64,000 nt of DNA from a virus, in IMG/VR virus record IMGVR_UViG_3300048997_000225, positions 32,001 to 96,000 of that record; one strand, written 5' to 3'. The notes under the pieces were generated by a model. The model was not told the DNA's origin, did no database searches, and was given only the letters and a program-made list of their open reading frames with translations. This document shows positions 38,188 through 49,252 of the stretch, piece after piece (the stretch's first letter is position 1; every line of letters starts with the position of its first letter). Both the position numbers and the translations under genes were made by a program.

Positions 38188-40635
38188 TCAATATAGTGAA
38201 TTGCCAGCGACATCAGTTAATCCGACAATCGTGACGTTATATGTCATGATTTGCATTTTAGCGACAACAACTGATGCAGCACTGTCTGATGTCCACTTTG
38301 AATCCTTTTGTTGGAGATCGCCCCCCGTTAACTGGATATTGGAAGAAGTTAATGGAACTTTATGCATGGACTTAGAAAAAAATATATCAACAGAATCCGG
38401 CTCTAACTTTAATTCATTATTTTCAAACACTACTCCTGATTTAGGAACAGCAGATGCTAAAGACGGGCGTATGGCAATGCCAGTCATATTAATATTTACA
38501 GGAACATTAGATATTGTATCGTGTTTTATTACTGGAAATTGTAAGCCATTCCATTCATAATGGCTCCTTAAATTCCCTACAATATTATATTGTGTTCCAT
38601 CTTTAACATCTGCTAAATTGGATTGATACCGGTTAAATAATGGAGCAGATATGATTTTTGGCGTTGCAACAGAATGAGGCCCGACACGCTGCGTATGAGC
38701 ACTCAATACTCTTTGGATATCAGATACTAAAGCTATAAAGCTTACCATATCAGTTGCTATTGGATATCTAATTAAATCCATATCGGCAAAATAATGGAAC
38801 AAACTATTAGACATATGATTAATAATTTTAGCGCGAATACTATTAATCGAATCTAATATTCCAGAAAGCGGTAATACCGCATAATCTGTCGGAATTACTG
38901 TGTTAACATAATCAGGTTGTTGGTGTCCAGTAAACACAATATGACGATTGAAAGCCTCTACAGCGTTATTATATGCCCACAACACAAATGGAAAACTAGA
39001 ACTTAATGAATGTTGAGATGATAATTCAATATTAGTAGGCCCAATATATTTAATTGATACATCAGATATCAAAATCAGTTCTTTATCAAAATCTAAATTT
39101 ACCGATCCTGACGGATTAGTTAAAATCGAAGTTAATAGAGCTCGAGTAGATGCAGATCGAGCGATAATAGACCCTGTAAAATCTGATGGATTGGTAGAAC
39201 TACCAGAATCTTCACTTTGTAAATTAGCAGTGATGTGGATATCTGGAATATCCACATCCAATATTACATGTAGATCAGCAAAATATGTGAATGGACCAGA
39301 TACATCGAATGCAGAATCAGGGATGATTTCTGATGCATAAGAAGTTATAGGTCCGAGTGGAGCCCCATATTCATTAGAAAATTCTAATGAATATTCAGGT
39401 AGCAAATGAGAATTTAAAGCCGGCTTTAAATTCTCATTTGCTACCTGAATAGCTAAGATCAAACTTTGAGGACCGGACGTCGGAATACTAACCACATTAA
39501 ATTTATTTATTGTATCATTATATAAATGAATTCCAAAAGCTGCTAAATGCGTCAAATATTTGATTTGTAATTCAGTCAATAGATCAATAGCAGTCAATAG
39601 ATCACCAGCATCAGGCGATAAAATCTTAGATTTCACGTCATATTTATTATGAACTTGTTCAAGGACTAGATGTGCATTAAATGTAGCTTTGATATCATTG
39701 ACCAATGATATCAAAGATGCTTCATCATTAGCATCCGGGAATGTAACGTAATTGATTATGTCCGATCGAGGATGAGCTCCTAAAGCCGCTATTGTCCAGT
39801 TCAATTCATTGACACTATCTAAGACTGGACAATTAAAATAAACTCGGATAGTAGAAGTTCGTAGATAATCACTACTGACATCTGTTACATAAGCATCAAT
39901 AAGTTGCAATTGAGTGAGATTTGAATATGAATACGGCGTAGAAGAACGTAATTTTAAAGTGAGCGGGATAGACTCTGAAGAAGAATTTAAAGAAACATCT
40001 ATCACATCAGTAAAATCAATAATATAGGCTTCAGCTATTGGCATCCCGGTCGGTAACTGAATGCGTAAGATAGTATCTAAAATATCTTCTGGACCCCATG
40101 AAGCTTGAATCATGGGTACGCCAGGACCACCAACGCTATCACGAATCTCAAAAATCGCAGCTCCAGAATTTTGACCAACAGCTTTATCAAATAATATGTC
40201 AATAAAACCGCGTTTAGATAAGAACGCTCCAATAGCCCGTGGAGGATCCAACACATTGGCAGTAAAATTGCGAGCTGCATTGATAACGGTGTCGCCAGTT
40301 TCTAATACAACGTCAGTTATAGATAAAGAATAATCTTTTCCTGAAGTTAAAGTATTGAAAAATCGAATTAATACAGAATCATGTTTTTCATCATAAAATT
40401 CGATAAATTCCATTGCAGGAACAACAGTATCTGATGGATTGATAGCAATCAATCCGTAATCCGCTAATAACAAAGCACTGCTAGTAACTCGGATTCCAAA
40501 GAAAACGCGAATTGTCCGAGACGTTAATTGATGTACAAAACAGTTAATTCCTACGGGGAATCCATCGACTTCAGCTAATACTATTTGGCCATATAAACTA
40601 TTGGCCGTTCCAAATCTTCCAGTAAATACTGTCAT
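38188..40635 (-). CDS. virion-module protein with Ig-like domains and 6 His-pair repeats
   Basis: IRVFF, IDILFDKAV, IRVYFN and VDIFFSK Ig-like starts, terminal LTDVAGN; same His repeat as the neighbouring gene. Confidence 0.72.
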   Translation of the reverse strand: MTVFTGRFGTANSLYGQIVLAEVDGFPVGINCFVHQLTSRTIRVFFGIRVTSSALLLADYGLIAINPSDTVVPAMEFIEFYDEKHDSVLIRFFNTLTSGKDYSLSITDVVLETGDTVINAARNFTANVLDPPRAIGAFLSKRGFIDILFDKAVGQNSGAAIFEIRDSVGGPGVPMIQASWGPEDILDTILRIQLPTGMPIAEAYIIDFTDVIDVSLNSSSESIPLTLKLRSSTPYSYSNLTQLQLIDAYVTDVSSDYLRTSTIRVYFNCPVLDSVNELNWTIAALGAHPRSDIINYVTFPDANDEASLISLVNDIKATFNAHLVLEQVHNKYDVKSKILSPDAGDLLTAIDLLTELQIKYLTHLAAFGIHLYNDTINKFNVVSIPTSGPQSLILAIQVANENLKPALNSHLLPEYSLEFSNEYGAPLGPITSYASEIIPDSAFDVSGPFTYFADLHVILDVDIPDIHITANLQSEDSGSSTNPSDFTGSIIARSASTRALLTSILTNPSGSVNLDFDKELILISDVSIKYIGPTNIELSSQHSLSSSFPFVLWAYNNAVEAFNRHIVFTGHQQPDYVNTVIPTDYAVLPLSGILDSINSIRAKIINHMSNSLFHYFADMDLIRYPIATDMVSFIALVSDIQRVLSAHTQRVGPHSVATPKIISAPLFNRYQSNLADVKDGTQYNIVGNLRSHYEWNGLQFPVIKHDTISNVPVNINMTGIAIRPSLASAVPKSGVVFENNELKLEPDSVDIFFSKSMHKVPLTSSNIQLTGGDLQQKDSKWTSDSAASVVVAKMQIMTYNVTIVGLTDVAGNSLY

Positions 40636-40704
40636 TTTCCTCTATTAACTATATCAATGCAGATTTAATTACATCATCAATCTGACATCATAAGTTATAG
40701 GAAA

Positions 40705-43623
40705 TTAGAATATTATATATCCAGTACCAATGCTTTTATACTTGCGTGCAGCTCGAGCTGCAGTAATAACTTCGGTAGTAGCATTATCTATCAAAGAAGA
40801 ATCGACAGTAGCAACTGTGACTGCATTAACTGAACTGCTGACATTCTTTATACCAACTTCTAAATTAATATTACCGCTAGCAACTGGCAATAAAATACTG
40901 AATGTGGCTATACTTGGATTATAAAGGACTACTTCTCCAAATTGTGCACTATAAGTGGCTGTTTTAATGACCGGATTAATATTCAGAGGAGGACCAACCG
41001 GACCGGTTGGTCCTCGAGGTCCGGTTGGTCCGGTAGCGCCAGTTGAACCAACCGGACCGGTTGAACCTTTCGGACCAGTAAGACCGATTACGCCGGGAGA
41101 TCCCTGTTGACCTTGAGGTCCAGTAGGACCGGTAGCGCCAGTTGAACCGATAGGACCGGTTGGTCCTCCAAACGGACCGGTAGCACCTTGCGGACCAATA
41201 GGGCCGGTTGGCCCAGTGACACCCTGTGGGCCTGTTGGCCCAGTGGCGCCAGTCAGACCTTGAACACCCGTAATTCCTTGAGGTCCAGTGACGCCGGGGG
41301 ATCCTTGAGGTCCAGTGATACCATCAAATACCGACCCAAGAGTCCTGTTGAATTCATCTAAAATTGCAGATGGCGGAAGTAAAGTCGGAACGATTTTGAC
41401 CGACGCAATAATAGACCCTCTTGGGATAACACTAGTTACTGACGGATCTGAACCAATTCGGAAAATTCCTGCTTGACCATTATCAGGACCAGTAGCAAAT
41501 CCTGTCGCAGCACATCGGCCATTGAAATAATAACTTAGATCTGTTCCTGACGGATTCCTAGTAAATGCAAAATGGAACGGTTCATTAAGAGGAGCTTTGA
41601 TGCCTGTTGCGGACTGCGTTATATCTATACCTGATGCAGTTTCAGCCGAATAACGTGGATATAAAGTATTACTATCAAAATCTAAATTATAAAGAATATT
41701 TTGAAACGGTGATTCAGAATTCCCACCACCATAACTAATTAATCGATAAGTACCAGTGACTGCACCGGGAGTATTTGTATTGGGAAGATTGACAATCATT
41801 TCAATTGTCAATGCACCGGTAGCTTGTAATTGCGGATCAACTATTGATCGATATAGATGTTCTCCACCGTCAAATGCAAATCCACGTATCCCTACGCCAA
41901 TTTCCGAATAATTAGGAATACCACCCGTAACGCCTAAATTCAGATTATTAGCAGTAGTATCATTTAAATTACCATCCAATTGCCATAAAGCCGCCGGATT
42001 ATAATTTAAATCATGTTGTCGGAATTTATATACTCCGACAGGACCCGCTGTACCTACAGGACCTTGGACTCCCGTAGATCCCTTCGGACCAGTGGCACCT
42101 GTAGCGCCGTTAGGACCTGTGTTCCCAATAGGACCGGTTGAACCCTTTGGACCGGTAGATCCTGTAACACCAGGACTTCCCTGTACGCCTTGAGCTCCAG
42201 TTGAACCGGTAACTCCAGCTGGCCCACCAAACGGGCCAGTAGCGCCTTGCGGGCCAGTATTACCTGTTACGCCCGGTGATCCTTGGATGCCTTGCGGGCC
42301 AGTTGGGCCAGTAGGACCGATTTGACCGACTGGCCCTGTCGGACCGGTCGCTCCTGTAATTCCTCTAAGACCAGTCGGGCCTTGAGGTCCAGTAGGACCC
42401 GTCGAGCCTTGAGGTCCAGTAGGACCCGTCGAGCCTGTTAATCCTTGAGCTCCAGTAGGGCCTTGCGGACCGGTAGATCCTGTTAATCCGACGGGGCCTG
42501 TAGGTCCCTGAGATCCTTGGAGCCCTTGAACCCCGGTAAGCCCTTGAACCCCGGTCGATCCTTTTGGACCGGTCGAGCCGGTGACGCCCGGATTTCCTTG
42601 TGGACCAGTAGCTCCTGTAGACCCTGGAGGACCACCAAATGGGCCCGTGGCGCCTTGTGGACCTGTGTTCCCTGTGACTCCTGGGCTTCCTTGCGCGCCT
42701 TTGGGTCCAGTTGGCCCAGTAACGCCAGGGCTTCCTTGCGCGCCTGTAAATCCAGTTGATCCACGAGGTCCGGTAGGACCGGTGGCACCTTGAGGACCGG
42801 TGGCACCAGTAGTTCCTTGAACTCCCGTGGCGCCTTGCGGGCCAGTATTGCCAGTGACGCCCGGAGATCCAAGATTACCTGGAATACCTTGAATACCAGG
42901 AGGACCTATTAATCCAGTAACTCCAGGTACGCCAGGGCTTCCTTGTAGACCAGTTGAACCTTTAGGTCCAGTAGACCCAATTATTCCTGGGCTTCCTTGT
43001 AATCCTTGTGGACCGGTTGAGCCAGTAGCTCCAGTAGCTCCAGGCGGGCCTCCAAACGGGCCAGTAGCGCCTTGTGGACCGGTCGAACCGGTGACGCCTG
43101 GAGATCCAAGATTGCCTTGCGGGCCCGTAGCGCCTTGCGGGCCCGTAGCGCCAGTAGTTCCGAAAGGACCGGTAGGTCCTTGTACACCTTGAAGACCCAT
43201 AGGGCCAGTGAAACCAACGTCTCCTTGAGGCCCAGTAACTCCATCAACTCCATCGTTGCCTGCAGTCCCTTGTGGACCTTGTGGACCATCCAATCCAGGT
43301 GATCCTTGGATTCCTTGCGGACCGGTTAAACCTAATAAATTGAATGCAAATTGTGATAATGCACCAGCCGTCAAAACATGCGTGACAGTAGTCCCGAATG
43401 CATGTGTAGCAGCTGTTGTATTTTCAACCCCACGAATTACTGTAAATGTTGTGCCAGAGACTCCAATCACAAGCAGGAGTTCGTTATCAATTCGAATCCG
43501 GAATTGAGGAGAACTAGGAAATAAAGCAGCACTCGCAATATTAAGAGTAATAGCAACAGGCGAAATCCCGCCTGGAGTGGATAGTGTAGTCTGAGCTAAG
43601 TTAGAGAATCTCTCTATCGCCAT
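40705..43623 (-). CDS. collagen-like fibre protein with internal LamG/concanavalin-like domain
   Basis: N-terminal fibre-anchor module; ~435 aa of G-X-Y, LamG-like block (ALWQLDGN...LTIEMIV...HFAFTR...YFNG), ~110 aa more G-X-Y, C-terminal beta domain. Confidence 0.88.
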   Translation of the reverse strand: MAIERFSNLAQTTLSTPGGISPVAITLNIASAALFPSSPQFRIRIDNELLLVIGVSGTTFTVIRGVENTTAATHAFGTTVTHVLTAGALSQFAFNLLGLTGPQGIQGSPGLDGPQGPQGTAGNDGVDGVTGPQGDVGFTGPMGLQGVQGPTGPFGTTGATGPQGATGPQGNLGSPGVTGSTGPQGATGPFGGPPGATGATGSTGPQGLQGSPGIIGSTGPKGSTGLQGSPGVPGVTGLIGPPGIQGIPGNLGSPGVTGNTGPQGATGVQGTTGATGPQGATGPTGPRGSTGFTGAQGSPGVTGPTGPKGAQGSPGVTGNTGPQGATGPFGGPPGSTGATGPQGNPGVTGSTGPKGSTGVQGLTGVQGLQGSQGPTGPVGLTGSTGPQGPTGAQGLTGSTGPTGPQGSTGPTGPQGPTGLRGITGATGPTGPVGQIGPTGPTGPQGIQGSPGVTGNTGPQGATGPFGGPAGVTGSTGAQGVQGSPGVTGSTGPKGSTGPIGNTGPNGATGATGPKGSTGVQGPVGTAGPVGVYKFRQHDLNYNPAALWQLDGNLNDTTANNLNLGVTGGIPNYSEIGVGIRGFAFDGGEHLYRSIVDPQLQATGALTIEMIVNLPNTNTPGAVTGTYRLISYGGGNSESPFQNILYNLDFDSNTLYPRYSAETASGIDITQSATGIKAPLNEPFHFAFTRNPSGTDLSYYFNGRCAATGFATGPDNGQAGIFRIGSDPSVTSVIPRGSIIASVKIVPTLLPPSAILDEFNRTLGSVFDGITGPQGSPGVTGPQGITGVQGLTGATGPTGPQGVTGPTGPIGPQGATGPFGGPTGPIGSTGATGPTGPQGQQGSPGVIGLTGPKGSTGPVGSTGATGPTGPRGPTGPVGPPLNINPVIKTATYSAQFGEVVLYNPSIATFSILLPVASGNINLEVGIKNVSSSVNAVTVATVDSSLIDNATTEVITAARAARKYKSIGTGYIIF
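40990..41320 (-). repeat. collagen G-X-Y repeat block 2
   Basis: [12 protein letters not shown] triplets, GC-rich; approximate bounds. Confidence 0.85.
42030..43330 (-). repeat. collagen G-X-Y repeat block 1
   Basis: [12 protein letters not shown] triplets with 18- and 27-bp tandem DNA duplications; approximate bounds. Confidence 0.88.
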
Positions 43624-43687
43624 CTAACCAGTGCCTCATTACCTATAATCGGTTGCTAATCGGATTGGCAATCAGACGGCTAACGTT

Positions 43688-44509
43688 CTAGAAAGAACGC
43701 GAGTGATCTTCATTGATTATTTGAATCGGTTTCTTAAATCCTAATTCATCAACACCATAAATACCTTCAATGAATCTTCTGAAGTCTTCATATCCATAGT
43801 TAGATAATATAGATTGGAAGGAATCTATCATTTTAGATTGATTTGGATTATCCGGGTCAGGACTCTTTTGACCAGGCCAGTCATCTTGCAAAATAAATCC
43901 TAGACGATATAAAGTGTGAGCCGGCCTAATAATATTCAATAAAATCCTGACATTCCTGTCAGCCAAAAACACATCAGTAGATCCAGGCGAATCTAATATT
44001 ATATCAATAATGAATGCAAATTGATCAGAAATATCAAATCCAGATCCAGGTTGACGAGCTTCTAGAAATGCTTCGGTTACACGGATTTTCCCGTTTACAA
44101 ATAAAGCTACAGCTTTACTCATTGAATCCGGAATACTGCCTTGGAAATATATATCCAGGACTTTTAACAGGAAATCTTTAAAATCCAAATCTGAAAAGTT
44201 TGGATTGGGAGCTCCAGGGTCTTTTTTGGGAAATAATACAGAAGTTACGATTTGATAAAGAAAGTCCGAGCGAGTTTTAGAATATTGAGTATCAGTCCTG
44301 ATATCTTCAAGCCCTAATTTTAATCGTGCGAGTTCTAAAGATATTGCTTTAATTTCTCGTACATAGTTAGGACCATCAATAGAACTGGTCCAATATGATG
44401 ATAATAAATTGAGGAAAATCTTTAAAATCCGATTGGCTTCGTCAATGAGCCGGTTCCGATATTGCTCACCTTCTTCGAAGTTATCAAATGAAACTCGGAC
44501 TATTGCCAA
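43688..44509 (-). CDS. baseplate wedge protein (P2 gpI / T4 gp7-like)
   Basis: GS...M..A.. core and IIRPAHT motif; directly after the gpJ-like gene; TTG start with GAGGA SD. Confidence 0.75.
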   Translation of the reverse strand: MAIVRVSFDNFEEGEQYRNRLIDEANRILKIFLNLLSSYWTSSIDGPNYVREIKAISLELARLKLGLEDIRTDTQYSKTRSDFLYQIVTSVLFPKKDPGAPNPNFSDLDFKDFLLKVLDIYFQGSIPDSMSKAVALFVNGKIRVTEAFLEARQPGSGFDISDQFAFIIDIILDSPGSTDVFLADRNVRILLNIIRPAHTLYRLGFILQDDWPGQKSPDPDNPNQSKMIDSFQSILSNYGYEDFRRFIEGIYGVDELGFKKPIQIINEDHSRSF

Positions 44510-44519
44510 TTGATCCTCA

Positions 44520-47500
44520 TTATGAACGATATGTTAAAGTGAGACTACCTGGGGTCAAATACTCGATCTGAGAAGTCTCGATATCTTTTACTCCTCTATC
44601 GCCTTGAACTACATAAGAAGCTGCAAATGCGTGATTAGTCGGAACATCAGCGGGATTTAATCCACCATTCAATGACACTATAATTCTATTAGCGGTTCTT
44701 CGGATTCGTTCCGCTGCTATAGCAGATTGTATAAAAACTATAGGCAACAGAGTTGCATCATCAGAATAACCAGGAATGACAGCTCCTAGTCTTCCAATTA
44801 TCCATGCCCTATTCATCCCATTACTGACATCTTCTAACGATGTGGCTAAATCAATAATGAGCTCGTCCATGAACACGCCATGATGGATATTAGAAGTTCC
44901 TCCTCCATCGATAGTATCGAATGGCAACGCTTGGCGTAATAAATATACAGCATTAGCAAATTTATTTAGTGTTGGAACGGGAATATAATCGGATGGAATA
45001 ATATCGCGAATGCGTTGCGCTCCATCAGCTAATGTAAATCGAGTAAATGGCTGGACTACGTAGTCTACTCCTGCAGAATTATCGATTTTAGATACCATAT
45101 CTGATTGTCGCACGGATCCACCAACGCCACGTGAATCTGTAAGAATGGTCACATTGGTTCGAATATCAGTGTCTGTTGCCGATTGATCGGGATTGGATGA
45201 TAATTGAACCGTAGCTTCAGTGCTGAGCGGGTTTTCTAGTGCTTGTTTACACAGCACATCAGCAGTTGCGTGTCTTTGTTTCAGAACTTTTTTCTGTAAT
45301 GATTGCAATACATCATTTATCACATAAGTGACAGTAAAATTTTCATCATGTTCATAATCGACTGATATTGTTTGTCCACTAGTTATATTAGAATTGGACG
45401 TCCGAATTAAACTGATTGGTTTGGTCTTATTGCCTTGAATTATTAAATAATCCGGATCTATTTGATTAGGACCTTTAAATTCAAGAGATCTATCTTGACT
45501 AAAAACGCGAACAGTAAAAGTATTTATCCCAACTGAATTCAATAATTCTTCAAATTCACCGATCATAACATGATTCTCATCATTTATAATCAGTGAATTT
45601 CCGGCAGGAATACCATTCACCTGATTGATCTCAACATAATCTTGAGCAATTGTGCTCTCACCATTCAATAATGGGTCTTCCAATTTGAATAAAGTAAATC
45701 CATCATCAGCATCAAGAGGACCGGAGACTTCTCCGATAACTGAAGTGATTCGACGAATCGGCTGGAAACTGGCTATAAATCGGTTGTTACTTCTGAATCG
45801 ATAATCACCTTCAATAAAATCATCTAAATTAGTGATAGATTGTGGTATTGAAGTATTGAGTCGAATGGTTCGAAAATCGACAATCTCTACACCAGTCAAA
45901 TCGTAAGAAGTGGTTGGAAGATTGGAATGATTCCGGAGTCCCAAACCTTGAGATGGATTGAAAAGCATTCCATTTATGGGATTCGATTCAGACAGTCTTG
46001 AATCTCGAGCTCGGAATGTAAGATTCACTGGATTTATGACATCAAATCTAATATTTTTAGCAATGGAAAATTGGAATGCAAAGCTTTCAGTAATAGTCCT
46101 TTCAATGACTCCTTTAATCCAGATATCAACTTTCCCGCCGATATGCTTCATACGTACAGAATCATAATCTCGCATCATTGATGGATCACCAGATAAGACA
46201 ATCCTGACTTCTATCAGTCCAGGCGTGCCAATAGCCGTCAGATAATATCCACCTTCAGTACCAGTATCTAATGCAGATAACTTACGACTTGAAACAACTG
46301 ATAATTCAAGATTACTTTGCCTATCACGTCCAAAATCTGCTGCAAATTCGTTAATGGTCTGCAAACCGTCAGCACCACTCACCACAGTATTCATGGTATT
46401 TGCTGGAACATTGCCTATAGCGCCAGGAGTTTCAGCAATCATTTGTACTCGGATCTCATAGCGCCGAGTGGTTGGGTTATAGAAAGCTCGAGCGTTATCA
46501 GCAGTTATTATGACTGACCCATTAGTCTTGAATCGCGGCGCTGTAGGATTATTAGAAGAAGATATTATGGCACCTTGAATAACTACTAAATCACGAGTAG
46601 GGAGTGACGTCGTATAAAATGTTTGAAGTACTTGAGCAGGACGACGCCCGAGCCTTGGCGTCGTGAAATTTGCTGCTAATGAATCGAATGCTCCATCAAT
46701 GAGTGATTGAACAGCTGCGTCACTGCTTAAACTCAATGCAGAACGTAAATTTTGTTTATAAGTTGAATTGGCTACTGATATACTAGTCCCTGTGAATCCC
46801 GGATCGTCAATTTGCAAGAGTGCAGAAAATGATTTTGCGCGATGAACAAAATCCATGAGGAAATACATTTTCTGCGCTTCGTTCGCGAAAGGTTCAATAT
46901 GAACTTCGCGAACGGTAGATGCTGGAATCAAAGCTAACGTTGGTTGAGCTTGGTTGACCTCTTGAATATAATCTTGAGCTATTTTGTTTTGTTCGCGGAT
47001 CCGGATACCACGTACTGTCGTATCGAGTGATAACGGAGCTCCGCCAATTTCGTTGGAAAAACGACTTTCTTGGAGTTGGCCGGTTAATTTATCAAAATAA
47101 ACTGCAGTTATTACATAGAATAAAGGATCTTCAGGAGAGATTACCGAAAATGAATCACTATTGAGTATGCCATTAGTTATTCCGTCATTTCTATTATGGA
47201 TGAATTCAAAAAAAGCGGTTTGCCGAATAGCCTTTAAGCTAAATTGGACCTTATATTTGGGATCAGCTCCTAAAGTCAATCGATTTATTGAGGCCGTACC
47301 GAAATCTGCATTATTGAAAGCGTCTTTTAAATCAGCTTTCAAAATTAAATCAGCTACTATTACGTCGGATACATCTGCTGCACCACCAAATGATCCAATA
47401 GTGCCAGGATTATCAAACACATAATTCCCATCAGCAACGTCAAATTCTTCTTCAACGATTTTGGTCGGAGAAGTAGATGGGATAACGTCTTTATTTAATC

Positions 47501-47987
47501 TCAGATATCCAGAACTGGACCCTCCAGCTCCACTAGATGCATAAATATTATATCCCGATATGTTAGCATTAATATCATCTGACCATTCCAACTGGATGGT
47601 CTGAGCATTGCGTTGAAGTAATACTCCAGTCGGAGGAGCTAATATTGAATTCAAATCAGTGTCGGCTATAACAGTTACCGTTATTATTGATATCGGACTG
47701 AAATCTCCTGAAATATCAATAGCCCGGAGTCGGATAGTATTTAAACCTCGCTCCAGCTCCAACCCCTGTGGGAACACTAATGAATTAGGAATACTAAATT
47801 TCGGAAGATCCAACTCTATTAATGATGGATCCGATATAAATCCGGCTCCATTAATATCTATTTGAATATCAATGATATTGGAATCTACTATCCCAGTGAA
47901 TAATAAATTCACTTGATTGGTGGAAACGGTCAGAGATGTCGTAACCCCTGATCCATCAGGAAAATTGAGTTTCGGGGCGTTTGCCAT
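44520..47987 (-). CDS. baseplate J-like wedge protein (T4 gp6-like) with N-terminal Ig/FN3-like domains
   Basis: LAANF...R, AETPGAIGNVPANT, N.....GRDRQSNLEL, GTEGG and GGKVDIWI are gpJ hallmarks. Confidence 0.85.
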   Translation of the reverse strand: MANAPKLNFPDGSGVTTSLTVSTNQVNLLFTGIVDSNIIDIQIDINGAGFISDPSLIELDLPKFSIPNSLVFPQGLELERGLNTIRLRAIDISGDFSPISIITVTVIADTDLNSILAPPTGVLLQRNAQTIQLEWSDDINANISGYNIYASSGAGGSSSGYLRLNKDVIPSTSPTKIVEEEFDVADGNYVFDNPGTIGSFGGAADVSDVIVADLILKADLKDAFNNADFGTASINRLTLGADPKYKVQFSLKAIRQTAFFEFIHNRNDGITNGILNSDSFSVISPEDPLFYVITAVYFDKLTGQLQESRFSNEIGGAPLSLDTTVRGIRIREQNKIAQDYIQEVNQAQPTLALIPASTVREVHIEPFANEAQKMYFLMDFVHRAKSFSALLQIDDPGFTGTSISVANSTYKQNLRSALSLSSDAAVQSLIDGAFDSLAANFTTPRLGRRPAQVLQTFYTTSLPTRDLVVIQGAIISSSNNPTAPRFKTNGSVIITADNARAFYNPTTRRYEIRVQMIAETPGAIGNVPANTMNTVVSGADGLQTINEFAADFGRDRQSNLELSVVSSRKLSALDTGTEGGYYLTAIGTPGLIEVRIVLSGDPSMMRDYDSVRMKHIGGKVDIWIKGVIERTITESFAFQFSIAKNIRFDVINPVNLTFRARDSRLSESNPINGMLFNPSQGLGLRNHSNLPTTSYDLTGVEIVDFRTIRLNTSIPQSITNLDDFIEGDYRFRSNNRFIASFQPIRRITSVIGEVSGPLDADDGFTLFKLEDPLLNGESTIAQDYVEINQVNGIPAGNSLIINDENHVMIGEFEELLNSVGINTFTVRVFSQDRSLEFKGPNQIDPDYLIIQGNKTKPISLIRTSNSNITSGQTISVDYEHDENFTVTYVINDVLQSLQKKVLKQRHATADVLCKQALENPLSTEATVQLSSNPDQSATDTDIRTNVTILTDSRGVGGSVRQSDMVSKIDNSAGVDYVVQPFTRFTLADGAQRIRDIIPSDYIPVPTLNKFANAVYLLRQALPFDTIDGGGTSNIHHGVFMDELIIDLATSLEDVSNGMNRAWIIGRLGAVIPGYSDDATLLPIVFIQSAIAAERIRRTANRIIVSLNGGLNPADVPTNHAFAASYVVQGDRGVKDIETSQIEYLTPGSLTLTYRS

Positions 47988-48027
47988 ACCTGCCCCACCA
48001 TACTCAATAAAGCCTTGGAATAAATTA

Positions 48028-49212
48028 CTATCCTTGAGAACTAAAAGACCCGCCAGAGTCGAATTTCAATATTTGATTAGGACTGCTGCTGGTTAAATTA
48101 AATGGACTGGGATTCCCGATAACCCGTTTAAGTTCGATATTTTCACGGCTACGACTAACCACTGTTGCAACGACAATTGCAACAGTGGGATCGTCTGGAA
48201 GAGTTTGAACACTAATATTGGCCAATGACAGCGGATATTCAGCATCAGACACTTGTTGTTGCGGGAATCCTGAATCTTGTAATTGTTTAATATTTTGATA
48301 TGTAGAAAATGATTGATTAATATCTATCGTTATCAACGCGTTGACATTGACTGTTCCAGTTTGACCTTTTCCACCAATTTTGTCTATTAAGCCACTGCCT
48401 AACCAACTCCATTTCCAATGTGATCCAATTTTCGTAACCAAGAATTTATCGAATTCCTGAGATAATAAATCGGTATCACGCACCACATCATAAGTATCAC
48501 CAGTTATGGAATAATCATGTTCTAACTGAGTTCCGTTACATCGCCTGCAATATTGAGCTGATGTAATATAATTAAGTTCTATGATTGGATCTGCATTGGG
48601 AATAGACCTGGAAAAAGTAAGGATTTTGTCTGCAATCAATGGTGATTGAATATCTCGTTCAATTTTCCAATCAGGAAAAATATCTTTCCCAATTGCAGCT
48701 CTGCCAGGTATTATGCCAACAGATTTATAAGCGGCGAGTATTCTTGCAGTGTTCGGCAAGGAACTAGTTTTATCAGTCCAGCGTGGATCGTGAAACTGGA
48801 ATGCTGTTCCTTTCAAAGGTTGTCGTGATTTAAATAACACATGCTTATTCAAAATAGTAATTAGTAATTCAGGAAATTGTCGCTGGAGATCTAAAGCCAA
48901 ATCCTTGGCTCGAACGTTGGGACCAGGAGTGAGTTGTGCATATCTAGGAGGATCAAATCCAATACTAATATATAATAAATCGTTGACTCCTTGTCGAATA
49001 CGATATGGTTCAGGATTGGAGAATGGTAACTGTGCATATGACAATAAACCATTCCGGGGAATCGGGACTCTGTCTACATAAACTGCCACATCTGAAGTGT
49101 TGGAAGGAGGCCTTGGGAATTTAACCGAATTATTCCGGATAGCATCCAAATCAACTTTTTCAAAGAACACTTGATGCGGGCATACACGCCATGTCGCAAA
49201 ATCGAATGACAT
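48028..49212 (-). CDS. gp25/gpW-like baseplate protein with N-terminal extension
   Basis: C-terminal LLSQE..K.L.T.IGSH...W.GS.L...IG pattern; CPH and CRRCNG motifs; directly upstream of the gpJ-like gene. Confidence 0.7.
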   Translation of the reverse strand: MSFDFATWRVCPHQVFFEKVDLDAIRNNSVKFPRPPSNTSDVAVYVDRVPIPRNGLLSYAQLPFSNPEPYRIRQGVNDLLYISIGFDPPRYAQLTPGPNVRAKDLALDLQRQFPELLITILNKHVLFKSRQPLKGTAFQFHDPRWTDKTSSLPNTARILAAYKSVGIIPGRAAIGKDIFPDWKIERDIQSPLIADKILTFSRSIPNADPIIELNYITSAQYCRRCNGTQLEHDYSITGDTYDVVRDTDLLSQEFDKFLVTKIGSHWKWSWLGSGLIDKIGGKGQTGTVNVNALITIDINQSFSTYQNIKQLQDSGFPQQQVSDAEYPLSLANISVQTLPDDPTVAIVVATVVSRSRENIELKRVIGNPSPFNLTSSSPNQILKFDSGGSFSSQG

Positions 49213-49252
49213 GTTCTATTACTCCAATCCCATTAATTTATTAGAATGGAAA

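Noticed and set aside
31368-40635. CRISPR array or DGR template/variable repeat explanation for the repeats
   Set aside because: Repeats are protein-level, in frame and irregularly spaced; no adenine-specific mismatch pattern and no reverse transcriptase or cas gene in the window
42483-43507. Alternative-frame and antisense ORFs over the collagen gene
   Set aside because: Shadows of GC-rich G-X-Y repeats that lack stop codons
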